NCBI GenBank assembly: GCA_965226885.1 | Contig: CBDDEL010000014.1 | Coordinates: forward strand, 1 to 64,000 | Direction: 5' to 3' | Source: Opitutales bacterium | Lineage (GTDB): Bacteria > Verrucomicrobiota > Verrucomicrobiia > Opitutales > UBA2987 | Length of the DNA stretch: 64,000 nt | Shown: piece by piece, positions 1 through 13,051 of the stretch | Numbering within the stretch: position 1 is the first letter of the stretch | Layout: every line of letters starts with the position of its first letter | Made by a program: the position numbers and the translations under genes | The notes under the pieces: model-generated | Database searches by the model: none | What the model was told of the DNA's origin: nothing | What the model saw: only the letters and a program-made list of their open reading frames with translations

Positions 1-311
1 ATTCCGCGACTGGCGGCGCGTTCACGAATCGACAGAGAATAATCGCGCCCCTCGACCACCGGGCTTACATGGGGTTGAATGCAGGTGGCGGTGTAGAGTT
101 CTAAATCGGGGTGGAAATACACGGCACCGTGGTCGCCATAGTAAAGTTTTCGAACGGGATTATGGGGGAGGAAATAAGTTGCGATATGGTAGCTTAGGGC
201 CACGCACACCTCATCAAACCGGCCCGTCTTTTCAATAACTTCCAGGGAGGCATCAATCCCTTCGTCGTGGAGGTCCCATGGATAGGCGAAGATAGTACGT
301 GAATTTTTCAT
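1..311 (-). CDS. Hypothetical protein, 5' part (runs off window start)
   Basis: Manual translation from ATG at 311: MKNSRTIFAYPWDLHDEGIDASLEVIEKTGRFDEVCVALSYHIATYFLPHNP...; lies 16 bp downstream of the SDR gene on the same strand. Confidence 0.7.
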   Translation of the reverse strand, partial: MKNSRTIFAYPWDLHDEGIDASLEVIEKTGRFDEVCVALSYHIATYFLPHNPVRKLYYGDHGAVYFHPDLELYTATCIQPHVSPVVEGRDYSLSIRERAASRG

Positions 312-327
312 TCGCTTTTGGCACACC

Positions 328-1119
328 TCATCTGCCCTTTAACCACCGCATCCAACGGAACCGGACGGACGCTCCCCCATCAACACCTATGACTTGGCCG
401 TTGATAAATCCAGACTCGTCGCTCGCCAGAAAGAGGGCTGCCTGGGCAACATCTTCCGGCGAGCCCCATCGGTTTACGAGGATGCCGGTTTTTTCAAAGT
501 TCGTCACTTGCTTCAGACCCGCCAATCGCTCCCCGGACGGCACGGTGCCGGGCGCAATAGCATTTACCCGAATATTATGAGGGCTCAATTCGCCCGCCAT
601 GTATTCGGTCAACTTGTCGATACCTGCTTTGCTTACGCCATAGGCGGTGCAGTTGAAGGTAGGGAAAGAACCGGCGATGGAAGAGATATTAATAATCACT
701 CCTCCTCTTTCCCGTTTAACCATGCAACGAGCAACAGCCTGGGAGCAAATAAACGTGCCCGTCAGATTCGTATCGATTGCCTTTCGCCATTCCCGTGCCA
801 GATCGATTTCAAGGAACGGTTTTGCAGTCGTCTCCTTCCCCGTCATAGCGGCATTGTTGACGAGGATGTCGATTCCGCCGAAGGCGCTGCATCCGGCTTC
901 GACGAAACGCGATACCGATTCCGGGTCGGAAATATCGGCCGCAACGGAAATCGCCTTCCCTCCATTTCCGGCAATTTCCTCGGCCACCCGGCGGCCGGAC
1001 TTCTCATTCTTGTCAACAATGACGATCGCGGCTCCTTCCAAAGCGAACAATTCTGCAATCCGTCGGCCGATATACCCGCCAGCCCCCGTTACCACTGCCG
1101 TTTTGCCCTGTAATTTCAT
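328..1119 (-). CDS. Short-chain dehydrogenase/reductase (SDR)
   Basis: TGAGGYIG Rossmann motif, NNAA, YGVSK (YxxxK), IRVNAIAPG. Confidence 0.95.
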   Translation of the reverse strand: MKLQGKTAVVTGAGGYIGRRIAELFALEGAAIVIVDKNEKSGRRVAEEIAGNGGKAISVAADISDPESVSRFVEAGCSAFGGIDILVNNAAMTGKETTAKPFLEIDLAREWRKAIDTNLTGTFICSQAVARCMVKRERGGVIINISSIAGSFPTFNCTAYGVSKAGIDKLTEYMAGELSPHNIRVNAIAPGTVPSGERLAGLKQVTNFEKTGILVNRWGSPEDVAQAALFLASDESGFINGQVIGVDGGASVRFRWMRWLKGR

Positions 1120-1256
1120 CCTGGATTACTCATAGGATGCGTATCACACCTGTCCAAAAAGCGAGTTTCTGAGTGAAAAAATTAAAAGAATGCACTGTAA
1201 ACATTGAGATAAAACCGGTATGCTTGGAATGAGGTCTAGGTTGTTAATTGCAGGTA

Positions 1257-2390
1257 ATACCAAATCTCATTAGGTATGATAATAAGTTATTTGGCAGAAG
1301 CGTTTGCTTGAATGTGCTGCCAGCCTCCGCCAACTAAAGAGAGGACTTTTTCAGTGTCCTCCCACCAGTCTTTGAGATGGGTTGCGACGACTTCTTCGAG
1401 TCGCTCAATGCTCGGCCACAGTTTGTTGGCCGTTTGATCCTGTATCATATCCCAAAGTCTTTCAATCGGGTTGAGTTCAGGACTATACGGCGGCAAATTC
1501 ACGATATGTATGCCCGGGGGGACGTTGGGGTGCTCCGAGTCGTGCGGATGGAAGCCTGCCCCGTCCCATACAACCACATGTTCCTCCTCAGGATATTGCT
1601 TTTTGATCTGTTGGAGGAAAGCCTCCGTCCACTGTAGATTCGTGCTAGGGGTTTGGATGCATACCATCTCGCCGTTGACCACGTCGAGGGCTCCGTAACA
1701 GTAGCTCCACTGGTATCTTGTCTGATATTTTTTGTGCGGCCGAAGCCCTCTTTGCGTCCAGCACCGGCGGTACACCGGAAGCAAACCAAAACGGCTTTCA
1801 TCGGCAAACCACACCCGAACCCGATTGCCTCGGGTGAGGGAAAGCTCCTGGAGGATCTTAAAAAAGTCTCGCTTGAACGCTTCCGCTTTTGCCGAGTCCC
1901 GTTTCTCATGCACGGGCCGAGGGACTCGAAGCACCCCGGCGCATTTTTTTAGCCATCGCCACACCGTCTTGTAGGCGAAGGAGCGCCCGAAATGTCGCTC
2001 CAGCTCTTGCCCCGCCTGAACGGCTGTGTTCCAGCGCGCGACCTTCAAACCATTGAGCAAGAAGGCCTCCACCTCTTTGTCGCAACGGCTTTTGATCCCG
2101 CCTTTGTAGGCGCGTGTAAGCACCGCCCCGAGCCCTGCAGCACGATATTTGTCAAACCAACGCTGGATCGTCGCTTTGCCTCGGCCCACGATGGCTCCAA
2201 TTTCATCAATGCTGTGGTGCGGCTGGAAGCCCATTTTTAATGCCACCAAACGCTCTTTACGCCAGCCGACAGCCTCTTTGTTGAGCAATTTCTTGATACG
2301 TTCACGGTCTTCATCGGTTCCCATATATCTTCTCATTCCGCCTTTATAGCTGTTTTTTTAATCTTTATCAATCCTTTTGCGATTTGGTAT
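1257..2390 (-). mobile_element. IS630-family insertion sequence
   Basis: Short terminal inverted repeats ATACCAAATC (1257) / GATTTGGTAT (2381-2390) next to TA dinucleotides; encloses the transposase; ends uncertain by about 1 nt. Confidence 0.85.
1287..2336 (-). CDS. IS630-family transposase
   Basis: N-terminal HTH; WFADESRF, VWDGAGFH, LPPYSPELNPIERLW DDE motifs. Confidence 0.95.
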   Translation of the reverse strand: MRRYMGTDEDRERIKKLLNKEAVGWRKERLVALKMGFQPHHSIDEIGAIVGRGKATIQRWFDKYRAAGLGAVLTRAYKGGIKSRCDKEVEAFLLNGLKVARWNTAVQAGQELERHFGRSFAYKTVWRWLKKCAGVLRVPRPVHEKRDSAKAEAFKRDFFKILQELSLTRGNRVRVWFADESRFGLLPVYRRCWTQRGLRPHKKYQTRYQWSYCYGALDVVNGEMVCIQTPSTNLQWTEAFLQQIKKQYPEEEHVVVWDGAGFHPHDSEHPNVPPGIHIVNLPPYSPELNPIERLWDMIQDQTANKLWPSIERLEEVVATHLKDWWEDTEKVLSLVGGGWQHIQANASAK

Positions 2391-2531
2391 AAGTCAAGGC
2401 TTAGGGCTTGGTCCCGGTAGCGAGGCCGCAGGCCAGACCGCCGCTATTTCGAAAATGCTGGCCAGATAAAAAGCGCCTTCAACGGCAAAATGACTTGAAA
2501 TAGATAATCAAATACTTATAACCCCCAACCT

Positions 2532-2699
2532 ATGGCAAGAGAACATATTATTTTGGAATGCACGGAGGCGCGTAAAGAGGGCAAAAGCCCCTCACGTTAC
2601 ATGACCTCCAAAAACAAAAAACTGCAACAGGGCCGGATTGAGAAAAGTAAATACAATCCTTCCCTGCGTCGGCACACCCTGCACCGGGAGAAAAAGTAG
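2532..2699 (+). CDS. rpmG: 50S ribosomal protein L33 (absent from ORF track)
   Basis: Manual translation, 55 aa: [55 protein letters not shown]. Confidence 0.95.
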   Translation: MAREHIILECTEARKEGKSPSRYMTSKNKKLQQGRIEKSKYNPSLRRHTLHREKK

Positions 2700-2720
2700 C
2701 CGGAACCCTCAAGCCCAAAC

Positions 2721-3911
2721 CTATCGGACAGGGGCGAACCAGCCGGAGGTCTTTTTGCAAAATCCCACCAGCAAAAGCATAAGCGGCACCTCGATCAAGA
2801 CACCCACCACGGTAGCCAGAGCAGCTCCACTGGAGAGCCCGAACAGCATGACCGATGTGGCTATGGCCACTTCGAAGTGGTTGGAAGCGCCTATCAATGA
2901 AACGGGGGCGGCATCCTCATAGGATAGCTTCATCAATCGCGCCGCCAGGTAGCCCAGGGTAAAAATGAGGACCGTTTGTAGGGCAAGCGGCACCGCGATC
3001 CACAAAATCGTCAGCGGATTGGCGGCGATGACCTCGCCCTTGAAAGAAAATAGCAGCACCAGGGTGATAAGCAGGGCAATGATGGTAATGGGGGTCAGGA
3101 CATGGAGAAATTTTTCCCGGAACCAGGTCTCTCCTTTGGTTGCCAAAATCCAGCGTCTGCTTATATACCCGGCCACCAGCGGCAGAGCCACATAAATAGA
3201 GATGGACAGAAGGAGGGCCTGCCAGGGAACGGGCAGCCGCCCGATGCCCAGCAAAAAACCGCCCAGCAATCCATAAAGTAAAAGCATGGCCAATGAATTG
3301 ATGGCCACCATGACCAATGTCAGGCCGTCATTGCCCCGGGCCAGAAAACCCCACACCAAAACCATCGCCGTGCATGGGGCGATACCGAGCAAGATGCAGC
3401 CAGCCAGATAACTGCGCCACAATGGAACTTCCAGCATCTTGATCCCTTCCCACATGACCACGGTTCCGGCGCCATGCCGGGCGCCTTCCGGAAGGTCCAG
3501 CCCGAATGGCATCTTGATTAAATCCTTTGCCTCCGGTCCAATAAATCCACGGAACAGAAATCCCAAAAACAACAAGGAGATGGCATACATGGTGAATGGT
3601 TTGATGGCCCAGTTTAGAATCAGGGTCAGGAGAACCGGTTTGCCGCTTTTTCCCGCTTTGATGACCGAGGCGAAGTCGATTTTAACCATGATCGGGTACA
3701 TCATGAAAAACAGGCAGATGGCGATCGGTATGGAAACCACCGGCGCGCCGTTGACCTCAATTGCCATGCGGTCCAGTTTCCCGGCCAAATCCGGGGCAAC
3801 CTTTCCCAAAAGGATTCCGCCCAAAATGCACAAGCCCACCCAAACAGTCAGGTAGCGCTCGAAAACGTTGGTCATCTTCCGGTCAACAGGGGGTAATTTT
3901 TCACTGCTCAT
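2721..3911 (-). CDS. acr3: Acr3-family arsenite efflux transporter
   Basis: [43 protein letters not shown] motifs. Confidence 0.95.
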   Translation of the reverse strand: MSSEKLPPVDRKMTNVFERYLTVWVGLCILGGILLGKVAPDLAGKLDRMAIEVNGAPVVSIPIAICLFFMMYPIMVKIDFASVIKAGKSGKPVLLTLILNWAIKPFTMYAISLLFLGFLFRGFIGPEAKDLIKMPFGLDLPEGARHGAGTVVMWEGIKMLEVPLWRSYLAGCILLGIAPCTAMVLVWGFLARGNDGLTLVMVAINSLAMLLLYGLLGGFLLGIGRLPVPWQALLLSISIYVALPLVAGYISRRWILATKGETWFREKFLHVLTPITIIALLITLVLLFSFKGEVIAANPLTILWIAVPLALQTVLIFTLGYLAARLMKLSYEDAAPVSLIGASNHFEVAIATSVMLFGLSSGAALATVVGVLIEVPLMLLLVGFCKKTSGWFAPVR

Positions 3912-4435
3912 TATTCATTGTCTCCTTGATTGGAAAATTCATTAAGCGATTGCGAAAGCGCTTCCGGCAATCTTTCCACCAGGGCCCTAATCTCATCGCG
4001 AACTCTCCGGTAAATGGCCAGCGTTTCTTCTTCCGAGGAGGCTTCGTGGGCCAGTTGCGGGGGATCGTCGAACCCGAAATGGGCTGTGCCAGTCTCTCCC
4101 GGAAAAACCGGGCATGATTGGCGGGCATGGTCACAAACGGTTATCACATAGTCGAAAGAAATGTCTTTAAATTCATGGTGTAGCTTAGATTTTTGTCCTG
4201 AAATTTCGACGCCGGCCTCGGCCATGACACGCACCGCCCATGGGTTCAGCCCGTGGGCAACGATGCCTGCGGAATAGGGCTCGATGGTTTTCTCCTTGAG
4301 ATGACGCGCCCATCCCTCCGCCATTTGGCTGCGGCAGGAATTTCCGGTGCAAAGGAAGAGGATTTTCTGTTTTTTATGAAGTAGTCCCATCGTCCGCCAC
4401 GAAGATTTTGTTTTCCCGGTCTGCCCAGTGTCCAT
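3911..4435 (-). CDS. arsC: Arsenate reductase, LMW-PTP/thioredoxin type (start may be ATG 4390)
   Basis: [28 protein letters not shown] motifs; stop overlaps acr3 start. Confidence 0.92.
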   Translation of the reverse strand: MDTGQTGKTKSSWRTMGLLHKKQKILFLCTGNSCRSQMAEGWARHLKEKTIEPYSAGIVAHGLNPWAVRVMAEAGVEISGQKSKLHHEFKDISFDYVITVCDHARQSCPVFPGETGTAHFGFDDPPQLAHEASSEEETLAIYRRVRDEIRALVERLPEALSQSLNEFSNQGDNE

Positions 4436-4463
4436 GTCGGGCGGGGTGGTTTTTAAAAGCCGT

Positions 4464-4688
4464 TTACGGCTTTAGACGCGACGTTCTTCGGGTGGTTCGC
4501 CAAGCATCGCGGTGATTGCGGATCCAATCCAGCAACGCTCGTTCAAAGCCGATGTCGTGCCCCGCTTTTTCGGATTCGAGCCACTTGAGCTTTAATATTT
4601 CCTCACGTTCGGCCAGAAACTCCTGATAGAGTCCTGAACGTTTAACAAAATCATGGCTACGCTTGGCGATTGGTTTATCCTCTTTCAT
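4464..4688 (-). CDS. Small conserved protein, DUF4032-like
   Basis: EREEILKLKWLESEKAGHDIGFERALLDW motif. Confidence 0.75.
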   Translation of the reverse strand: MKEDKPIAKRSHDFVKRSGLYQEFLAEREEILKLKWLESEKAGHDIGFERALLDWIRNHRDAWRTTRRTSRLKP

Positions 4689-4796
4689 GGAGGTGGACGT
4701 TTTTTATATAAACGTAAGTTGTTGAAAATCAAAAATAGGAAGAGGTTTCAAGCGAAAAAGAAAATTACTTTGTCATCGGCAGCCTGCCCGCATCCT

Positions 4797-5858
4797 TCAA
4801 TCGAAAGTTGCCAGTAGTTTCATGGCGATGGATCGGAAAACTTTGGCCGCTTCACTTTGCGGAGATCCGATAACGACGGGAATACCGTTGTCTCCACCCT
4901 CCCGAATTTCCTCGAATAACGGCACCTGGCCCAAAAGTTGAGTTCCCAGTGCCTGGGCCGTTTTTTGCCCTCCGCCCCGCCCGAACAAATACGTTCTCTT
5001 GCCATTCGATGGGTCGTCCAGGTAGCTCATGTTTTCCGCCACCCCGAGGATGGGAACATTGACTTTCTCGAACATCATGGCTCCCCGCCGGGCAACGGTC
5101 CAGGCCGCCGCCTGGGGCGTCGTAACCACCACGGCCCCATCCAAGGCAATCGTTTGAGCCAGAGACAGTTGCGCATCGCCGGTTCCGGGCGGCAGGTCGA
5201 TAACCATTATTTCCAGGTTGCCCCAGGCCACATTTTGAGCGAATTGGGTAATGGTTTTCGCCACCATGGGCCCTCGCCAGATGACCGGCGTTTCCGGGTC
5301 GATGAGAAACCCCATGGACATTACCCGGATGCCAAAATTTTCCAGTGGGATGATCGTCTCACCATCGACCTGTGGTTGGCCGTTGATTCCAATCATCAAT
5401 GGAACCGTTGGCCCGTAGAGGTCGCAATCCATTATACCGACCGCGTTGCGTTGCTTGCCTTCTCGAAAAATCTGGTCCAGGGCACAGGCCAGGTTAACCG
5501 TAAAGGTCGATTTTCCCACGCCGCCCTTGCCGCTGGCAATGGCCACCGTGCGTTTCACCCCCGGGATTTTGTTCTGCTGGAGGCCGCCCCCGGCAGGGCC
5601 AGGGGGCTGGGCTTTTGGCTGGCTGACCGCGATCAACGTCTCCACCTGGGATATGCCAGCTACTGCGCCCACCGCTTTATCGACGGCGGCTTTTAAAATA
5701 CCGGGAACCCTTTGATCGGTAGTCGTGATGGTCAGGGCGACGCGGGCCTTACCACCTTCCACGGAAACGTCCCTGACCAGGCCGAAGGAAACGATATCCC
5801 GGTTGAAACCTGGATACATCACCTTTTTTAATGCTTCAATAACGACGTCTTTGTTCAA
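4797..5858 (-). CDS. mrp: Mrp/ApbC (NBP35) Fe-S carrier ATPase
   Basis: N-terminal DUF59-like domain, ASGKGGVGKS, DLPPGTGD, ENMSY. Confidence 0.93.
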   Translation of the reverse strand: MNKDVVIEALKKVMYPGFNRDIVSFGLVRDVSVEGGKARVALTITTTDQRVPGILKAAVDKAVGAVAGISQVETLIAVSQPKAQPPGPAGGGLQQNKIPGVKRTVAIASGKGGVGKSTFTVNLACALDQIFREGKQRNAVGIMDCDLYGPTVPLMIGINGQPQVDGETIIPLENFGIRVMSMGFLIDPETPVIWRGPMVAKTITQFAQNVAWGNLEIMVIDLPPGTGDAQLSLAQTIALDGAVVVTTPQAAAWTVARRGAMMFEKVNVPILGVAENMSYLDDPSNGKRTYLFGRGGGQKTAQALGTQLLGQVPLFEEIREGGDNGIPVVIGSPQSEAAKVFRSIAMKLLATFD

Positions 5859-6014
5859 TGTAATTATCGCTCCCGCGTTGAAAAGAAATGATCAATCTAG
5901 CAAAAATAGAAAGTTTAATCGAATCTATTCTAATCGTTTTTCCCCATCCCGCAAGGTTGCTCGTCCGGTTTTCCATTGCCCCGCGTTGGAATACCCGTTT
6001 AAGAATTTTGTTAC

Positions 6015-7271
6015 ATGATTCGCATTCGGCTAAGATTACTTCCCATAATTATTTTGTCATTCTGCATCCACCCGGTGATTTCCGGCCAACAGACCCAGGT
6101 TCGACCGCCGGGTGGTGAAATCAATCTGGGCGTCATTAGCCGTAAAGGCGGCGGGGGTGAAATTATTTCCGTTTACGTGGCTTCTCCCGATGCTCGTCTG
6201 CTAGGTTTATTGAGAAAAGCTTTTGCCCTGCATGGCGGCTATCGATTGGAAACACAAGAGGCTGCCGATTTTACCTTTCAAATTGTCCCTCTTGATGGTA
6301 CCTCTGTGAGACTTGATATCGAGAGCGGCCGACCGGCTCAGAGCCTGTTTTCAGAAACAGTTCGGGGTAATTCATTAAATGATGCCGCTATGCGCGCCGG
6401 CGATCTGTCGGTTCGAAAAACACTTGGCATTCCCGGTTTCTTTGCCGGACGCCTGGCCTTTGTCGGCAACCGCTCCGGCAGCCGGGAAATTTATGTGTCC
6501 GATTTATTGTTCACCTCGGCCCGTAAAATCACGGCCAAAAGGTCCGATTGCCTGAGCCCCGAGTGGGCACCCGATGGGCACAGTCTTTTTTACACCAGTT
6601 ATTATAAAAGCGGTTTTCCCGATATTTTTCGACTCGATACGGGCTCCGGCCGCCACACTCTCTTCGCCGGATTCAATGGCACCAATACGGGAGCTGCCGT
6701 TAGCCCCGGCCCCGGTCGGCGGGAAGTCGCCATGATTCTGTCCGCTTCGGGCAGCTCCGAACTCTATGTAGGAAACCTGTCTGGTGGCGGGATGCGCCGA
6801 TTGACTCGCTCCGCCAAATCAGTGGAAACCGATCCGTCCTGGTCTCCTGACGGCCAAAAAATCATTTTTACCTCGGATCGCCTGGGGAGCCCGCAGCTTT
6901 TTCAAGTTTCCGCAAAAAGGGGAGTTCCCCGCCGGGTTCCCACCAATATCAGCAATTACAATGCCGAGCCTGCCTGGAATCCTCTCCATGCCGGACTGGT
7001 TGCCTTCACCATTCGTCAAGGTGCGGATTTCAAAATCGCCATCTTCGATTTTTCAATTGGGAAAAGCCGCGTCTTGACTACTTGGCCGGGCGATTGCCTG
7101 GAACCCGAGTGGGCCAATGACGGCAGGCACCTCATTTACACCTCCGGCATGGCATCGCCGAGGAAACTCATGCTGCTCGACACCATCACAGGCAAGCGAA
7201 CCCAACTCCACGCCGACTCCCTCGGAGACGCTTTTGAAGCCGATTTTCTTTACCTGCCTATGCCCCGCTAG
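6015..7271 (+). CDS. tolB: TolB-like periplasmic beta-propeller protein
   Basis: Signal peptide; repeated SPxWSPDG-like PD40 blades; FTSDRLGSPQLF. Confidence 0.85.
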   Translation: MIRIRLRLLPIIILSFCIHPVISGQQTQVRPPGGEINLGVISRKGGGGEIISVYVASPDARLLGLLRKAFALHGGYRLETQEAADFTFQIVPLDGTSVRLDIESGRPAQSLFSETVRGNSLNDAAMRAGDLSVRKTLGIPGFFAGRLAFVGNRSGSREIYVSDLLFTSARKITAKRSDCLSPEWAPDGHSLFYTSYYKSGFPDIFRLDTGSGRHTLFAGFNGTNTGAAVSPGPGRREVAMILSASGSSELYVGNLSGGGMRRLTRSAKSVETDPSWSPDGQKIIFTSDRLGSPQLFQVSAKRGVPRRVPTNISNYNAEPAWNPLHAGLVAFTIRQGADFKIAIFDFSIGKSRVLTTWPGDCLEPEWANDGRHLIYTSGMASPRKLMLLDTITGKRTQLHADSLGDAFEADFLYLPMPR

Positions 7272-7602
7272 ATGTAGGCGGCGCTACTCATCGGGCCCCT
7301 AGAGCATGCGGCAATGCGATCTCCACCCTCCTTTGCCGACATTTTGCCTTCCCCTCTAATTCATTGCTGAAAAATGCGTGTTTTTTAACTTGCGCGTGGC
7401 TAGGGGGAGGTTCATTTTCAGTCGCTTCGCCCCTTTATTGGAGGGGTTTGTTCTGTTCTCACTGGACTGGGAAACCATCAAAACCGGTATTTTTCCAGTC
7501 CAATTATCAACTTCATCTAAATTATTAACCTTCAACCTTGAATTTCCGGGTGCGGCGTGAATCTCCCCAGTCATCCGGATTATTGAAACACTTAACCAAC
7601 TT

Positions 7603-9261
<1,659 letters not shown>

Positions 9262-9324
9262 GAAAAGACGGCGTAGGTATATACTTCTCTTGAATTGGCT
9301 TCACTCCGGTCCCGGAGAGTTCAA

Positions 9325-10336
9325 TCAATTATCCATTTTGGATTGATAGAATTCTTGCAGTACTTTCATGCGCTCCTGCTGAAGCTTTTCCTCGCGGATT
9401 TCATCGGCGGACCTCTGGCGCTCTTTTTTTGCGAGGAATTTGCGCATCCTGGACAGCGCCATGTTTTGCAGTTGGCGAACCCTTTCCCGCGTGATATTGA
9501 AGATGTAGCCGACCTCTTCCAGGGTTCTTGGCTTGTCCCCATCCAGGCCGAAGCGCAGGCGAATGATCTCCCCCTCGCGCGGCGTCAATTGCGCCACCAT
9601 CGCCTTGATATCGTCCATGAGGGTTTTGCTGCGCAGATAATCGAAAGGATTGGGGGCGTTCTCATCTCCCACCAGGTCTCCGAGTTCGGTGTTATCGGCA
9701 TCGCCAACCGGGGCATGGAGAGAGGTCGGCCGCACACTGACACTTTTTAAATGAGCAATCTTGCTGGCCGGAATGCCCATTTCGAGGGCCAGATCATCGT
9801 TGGTCGGCTCCCGGCCCAACTCTTCCGAGAGAAGCAGGGAGACTTTTCGCATTTTAGCAATTTTATCGACCAGATGAACCGGCAGCCTGATGGTTTTGCT
9901 CTGATTGGCCAAAGCTCTTTTAATGCTCTGCTTGATCCACCAGGCCGCATAAGTGCTTAATTTGCCGCCTTTGTCCGGGTCAAATCTCTCCACCGCTTTT
10001 ATCAGCCCGATATTGCCCTCGCTTATAAGATCGAGGAGCGGGAGGCCGAAATTGGAATAGTAGTGAGCGATTTTTACCACAAGGCGCAGGTTGGCCTGAA
10101 TCATCTGCATGCGTGCCTCGTCATCACCTTTTTTAATACGGCGGGCCAGTTCCACCTCCTCCGCAGGCTTTAATAGTGAAGTGCGCCCGATTTCGCTCAG
10201 ATAGAGCTTGATGGCACTATGTTCCGTGGAATGCCGGCTGGACGGTGAATTTTCACCGCTTATATCCTCCGGTTGGGAGTCAAAGATCCTCCGGTTGGGA
10301 GTCAAAGGATTTTATGGAATATTTTGCCGCGCTCAT
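9325..10336 (-). CDS. Sigma-70 family factor (RpoD/RpoS-like, no region 1.1); 5' end frameshifted by a 22-bp duplication
   Basis: ANLRLVVKIA, DLISEGNIGLIKAVERFD, STYAAWWIKQ, TRERVRQ; likely native ATG at 10336, in-frame TTG at 10305. Confidence 0.88.
10264..10307. repeat. Perfect 22-bp tandem duplication ATCCTCCGGTTGGGAGTCAAAG x2
   Basis: Read directly: 10264-10285 and 10286-10307. Confidence 0.95.
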
Positions 10337-10382
10337 TAAATCGCTTCGACTTTTGGCAAAAAAATAACCCGGCCAACCGGCA

Positions 10383-11897
10383 TCAGTAATAAGCTTTTAC
10401 GGGGCGAATATTTTCCGCCATGCTCACCGCTTTGAGCATTCCTTTAGCTTTATTGATAGTTTCCTCATATTCCGATGCGGGCTGCGAATCCGCCACCCAT
10501 CCGCCCCCCGATTGGATGAAAAGCCGGTTGTTTTTTATCAATGCCGTGCGGATGGCAATGCAGGAGTCCAGATTGCCATCGAAACTGAAATAGACCATCG
10601 CGCCGCCGTAGGGCCCCCTTTGCTCCCCCTCCAGCTCTTCAATTATCTGCATGGCGCGGATCTTTGGAGCCCCGCTCACCGTTCCGGCCGGAAAAGTGGC
10701 CCGCATTAAATCATAAGCGTTTTTATCTTTATGCAACCTTCCCTCAACCTGGGAAACGATGTGCATGACATGGCTGAAACGCTCGATCACCATGAACTCC
10801 GGCACCGCCATGCTACCATAATCGCACACCCGCCCGAGATCGTTGCGCGCCAAGTCCACCAGCATAAGGTGCTCCGCGCACTCCTTTTCATCGGCCAACA
10901 GGTCGCGCTCGATAGCCAAATCCTCGTCCACTGTATTGCCCCTCGGGCGGGTTCCCGCCAGGGGCCGAACTTCGGCCAGGCCATCGGTCAAACGCACATG
11001 CACCTCCGGTGAAGCGCCCACGAGGGAGAAATCCTCCGTTTCATAGAGAAACATGTAAGGCGATGGATTGACCGTTCTTAAAGCCCGGTAAAGATTGAGC
11101 GGCGGCTGCCTGAACTCTCGCTCGAACCGTTGCGAGCCGACCACCTGGAAAGCGTCGCCGGCCCGAATATACTCCTTTGTCCGCACCACCATGCGCTCAA
11201 AATGTTCCCGGCTCATATTGCCAGGCGGCAGGGAGAGAGACTGTGTGCTTTGTAGCGGTATCGGGGTCAAGGAACGCTGCTGCTGCAAGCATTGGAAAAG
11301 GGTTTCGATGCCTTCCACCGCTTCCGCATAGGATTTCTCTCGATCCTCTTCAATATGGGCGTTGCGCAGAAGCCGCAAGGTCTGCCGCGCCCGGTCGAAA
11401 ATCACGATGGTGTCCGTGATTATAAAATGCAGCACTGGCATTTGAATCGGGTCCTTTTGGGCCAAAGGCACGGAGGGTTCTACCGCGTGGATGTATTCAT
11501 ATCCCAAAAACCCAACCGCTCCACCTATAAAACGAGGCATATCAGGCAGGCGCACCGGCCGGTAGCGAGACATTTCTTCCTCAATGATGTCCAGCGGATC
11601 GGAGGGAGTGGTGACGATTTGGGTCTCCCCGCCGCGCTCGGTGACATAGGTTTTGTCCCAGAACACGCTGAAGGTTTTTCTGGGCTGGCAGCCAATGAAC
11701 GAATAGCGATTGAGATTAGCTCCTCCTTCAATCGATTCCAGCAGATAGGCCGGTCCGTCACGGTTCAGTTTTGAATAAACGGAGACCGGGGTTTCAAAGT
11801 CCGCCATCAAATCGGCCCAGACCGGCACCAGGTTGCCCTTATCGGCAAGCTTTAGAAATTCGGATTTGGATGGATAAATATTCATTTCGTCAAGCAT
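10383..11897 (-). CDS. trpE: Anthranilate synthase component I
   Basis: LLES, NPSPYM, GASPE, AGTRPRG, AEHLMLVDLARND, FPAGTVSGAPK. Confidence 0.93.
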   Translation of the reverse strand: MLDEMNIYPSKSEFLKLADKGNLVPVWADLMADFETPVSVYSKLNRDGPAYLLESIEGGANLNRYSFIGCQPRKTFSVFWDKTYVTERGGETQIVTTPSDPLDIIEEEMSRYRPVRLPDMPRFIGGAVGFLGYEYIHAVEPSVPLAQKDPIQMPVLHFIITDTIVIFDRARQTLRLLRNAHIEEDREKSYAEAVEGIETLFQCLQQQRSLTPIPLQSTQSLSLPPGNMSREHFERMVVRTKEYIRAGDAFQVVGSQRFEREFRQPPLNLYRALRTVNPSPYMFLYETEDFSLVGASPEVHVRLTDGLAEVRPLAGTRPRGNTVDEDLAIERDLLADEKECAEHLMLVDLARNDLGRVCDYGSMAVPEFMVIERFSHVMHIVSQVEGRLHKDKNAYDLMRATFPAGTVSGAPKIRAMQIIEELEGEQRGPYGGAMVYFSFDGNLDSCIAIRTALIKNNRLFIQSGGGWVADSQPASEYEETINKAKGMLKAVSMAENIRPVKAYY

Positions 11898-12007
11898 GGG
11901 TTACCTCCCACGCTGAAGATTTCTCTGTTTCAAAACAAGTAAATTCCATCATGGAAACGCTTCAAATCGGCGGCCCCGATCGGCCCATTCCATCGTCTGA
12001 AATTTTT

Positions 12008-13048
12008 TTATGTGGCTGTTTTCTCAAGGCTGCGGCGGCCTAAATCAAGCTCACCGGCAAAATGGCAACCAGCCAAATGCCCATCCTCAATCTCCCGCAA
12101 GACAGGCTCTTCCCGGCGGCAAATATCCTGGGCAAATGAGCACCGCGGATGAAATTTGCACCCTGTTGGCGCGTTGGCCGGGTCCGGCACTTCCCCCAGC
12201 AGGGTCAATGGCTCTTCTTTGACATCGGGATCCACCGATGGGATCGCCGAAAGTAATGCGGAGGTGTAGGGATGCAGTGGGGAACGGTATAATTTATCAG
12301 CATCGGCGACTTCGACAATTTTGCCCAAATACATGACCGCCACCCGATCGCTGATATGCTCGACCACGCTCAAATCGTGGGCCACGAAGAGGTAGGTGAG
12401 GCCAAATTCCGCCTGCAGGTCGGCCAGCAGATTAATGACTTGGGCCTGTACGGAAACATCCAGGGCCGACACCGGTTCATCGGCGATGATCAGGCTGGGC
12501 GTCAGGGCCAAGGCCCGGGCAATGCCGATGCGCTGTCTTTGCCCGCCACTGAAAGCATGCGGATAGCGCCGTAAATGATTGGGATTCAGACCGACCTTGA
12601 CCAGAAGTTCCTCCACGAATTTTACCAACTCAGCCCCCGACAACACTTTATGGATCCGCAACGGTTCCGAAACAATGTCAAAAACCGTCATATGCGGGTT
12701 GAGAGATGAAAACGGATCCTGGAAAATATATTGAAATTCCTTCCGCAGCACCCGCAACTCCTCCTTTTCCAGGGTACGCAGGTCGATGGATTTGCCATTA
12801 TTCCAGAAAAAAATTTTTCCCTCGGTCGGCTCGATCAGCCTAATGATGCTTCGGCACAAGGTGGATTTTCCGCAACCGCTCTCCCCCACCAGCCCGAGCG
12901 TCTCCCCTTTGCGCAAAACCAGGTCAACTCCGTCAACGGCTTTCAAGTAACCGACAACCTTTCTGAAAAGCCCCTGTTTGATGGGGAAGTAGGTCTTTAA
13001 ATCCCGGACTTCCAATAATGGATCCAATAGTGGTTTTTCTTCTTCCAT
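12008..13048 (-). CDS. Peptide ABC transporter ATP-binding subunit (OppF/DppF-like)
   Basis: [26 protein letters not shown]-terminal Cys-rich domain. Confidence 0.93.
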   Translation of the reverse strand: MEEEKPLLDPLLEVRDLKTYFPIKQGLFRKVVGYLKAVDGVDLVLRKGETLGLVGESGCGKSTLCRSIIRLIEPTEGKIFFWNNGKSIDLRTLEKEELRVLRKEFQYIFQDPFSSLNPHMTVFDIVSEPLRIHKVLSGAELVKFVEELLVKVGLNPNHLRRYPHAFSGGQRQRIGIARALALTPSLIIADEPVSALDVSVQAQVINLLADLQAEFGLTYLFVAHDLSVVEHISDRVAVMYLGKIVEVADADKLYRSPLHPYTSALLSAIPSVDPDVKEEPLTLLGEVPDPANAPTGCKFHPRCSFAQDICRREEPVLREIEDGHLAGCHFAGELDLGRRSLEKTAT

Positions 13049-13051
13049 GAG

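Noticed and set aside
7272..7602. Structured RNA or tRNA in the tolB-rpsA gap
   Set aside because: No cloverleaf or recognisable motif; an rpsA leader is plausible but needs a covariance-model search
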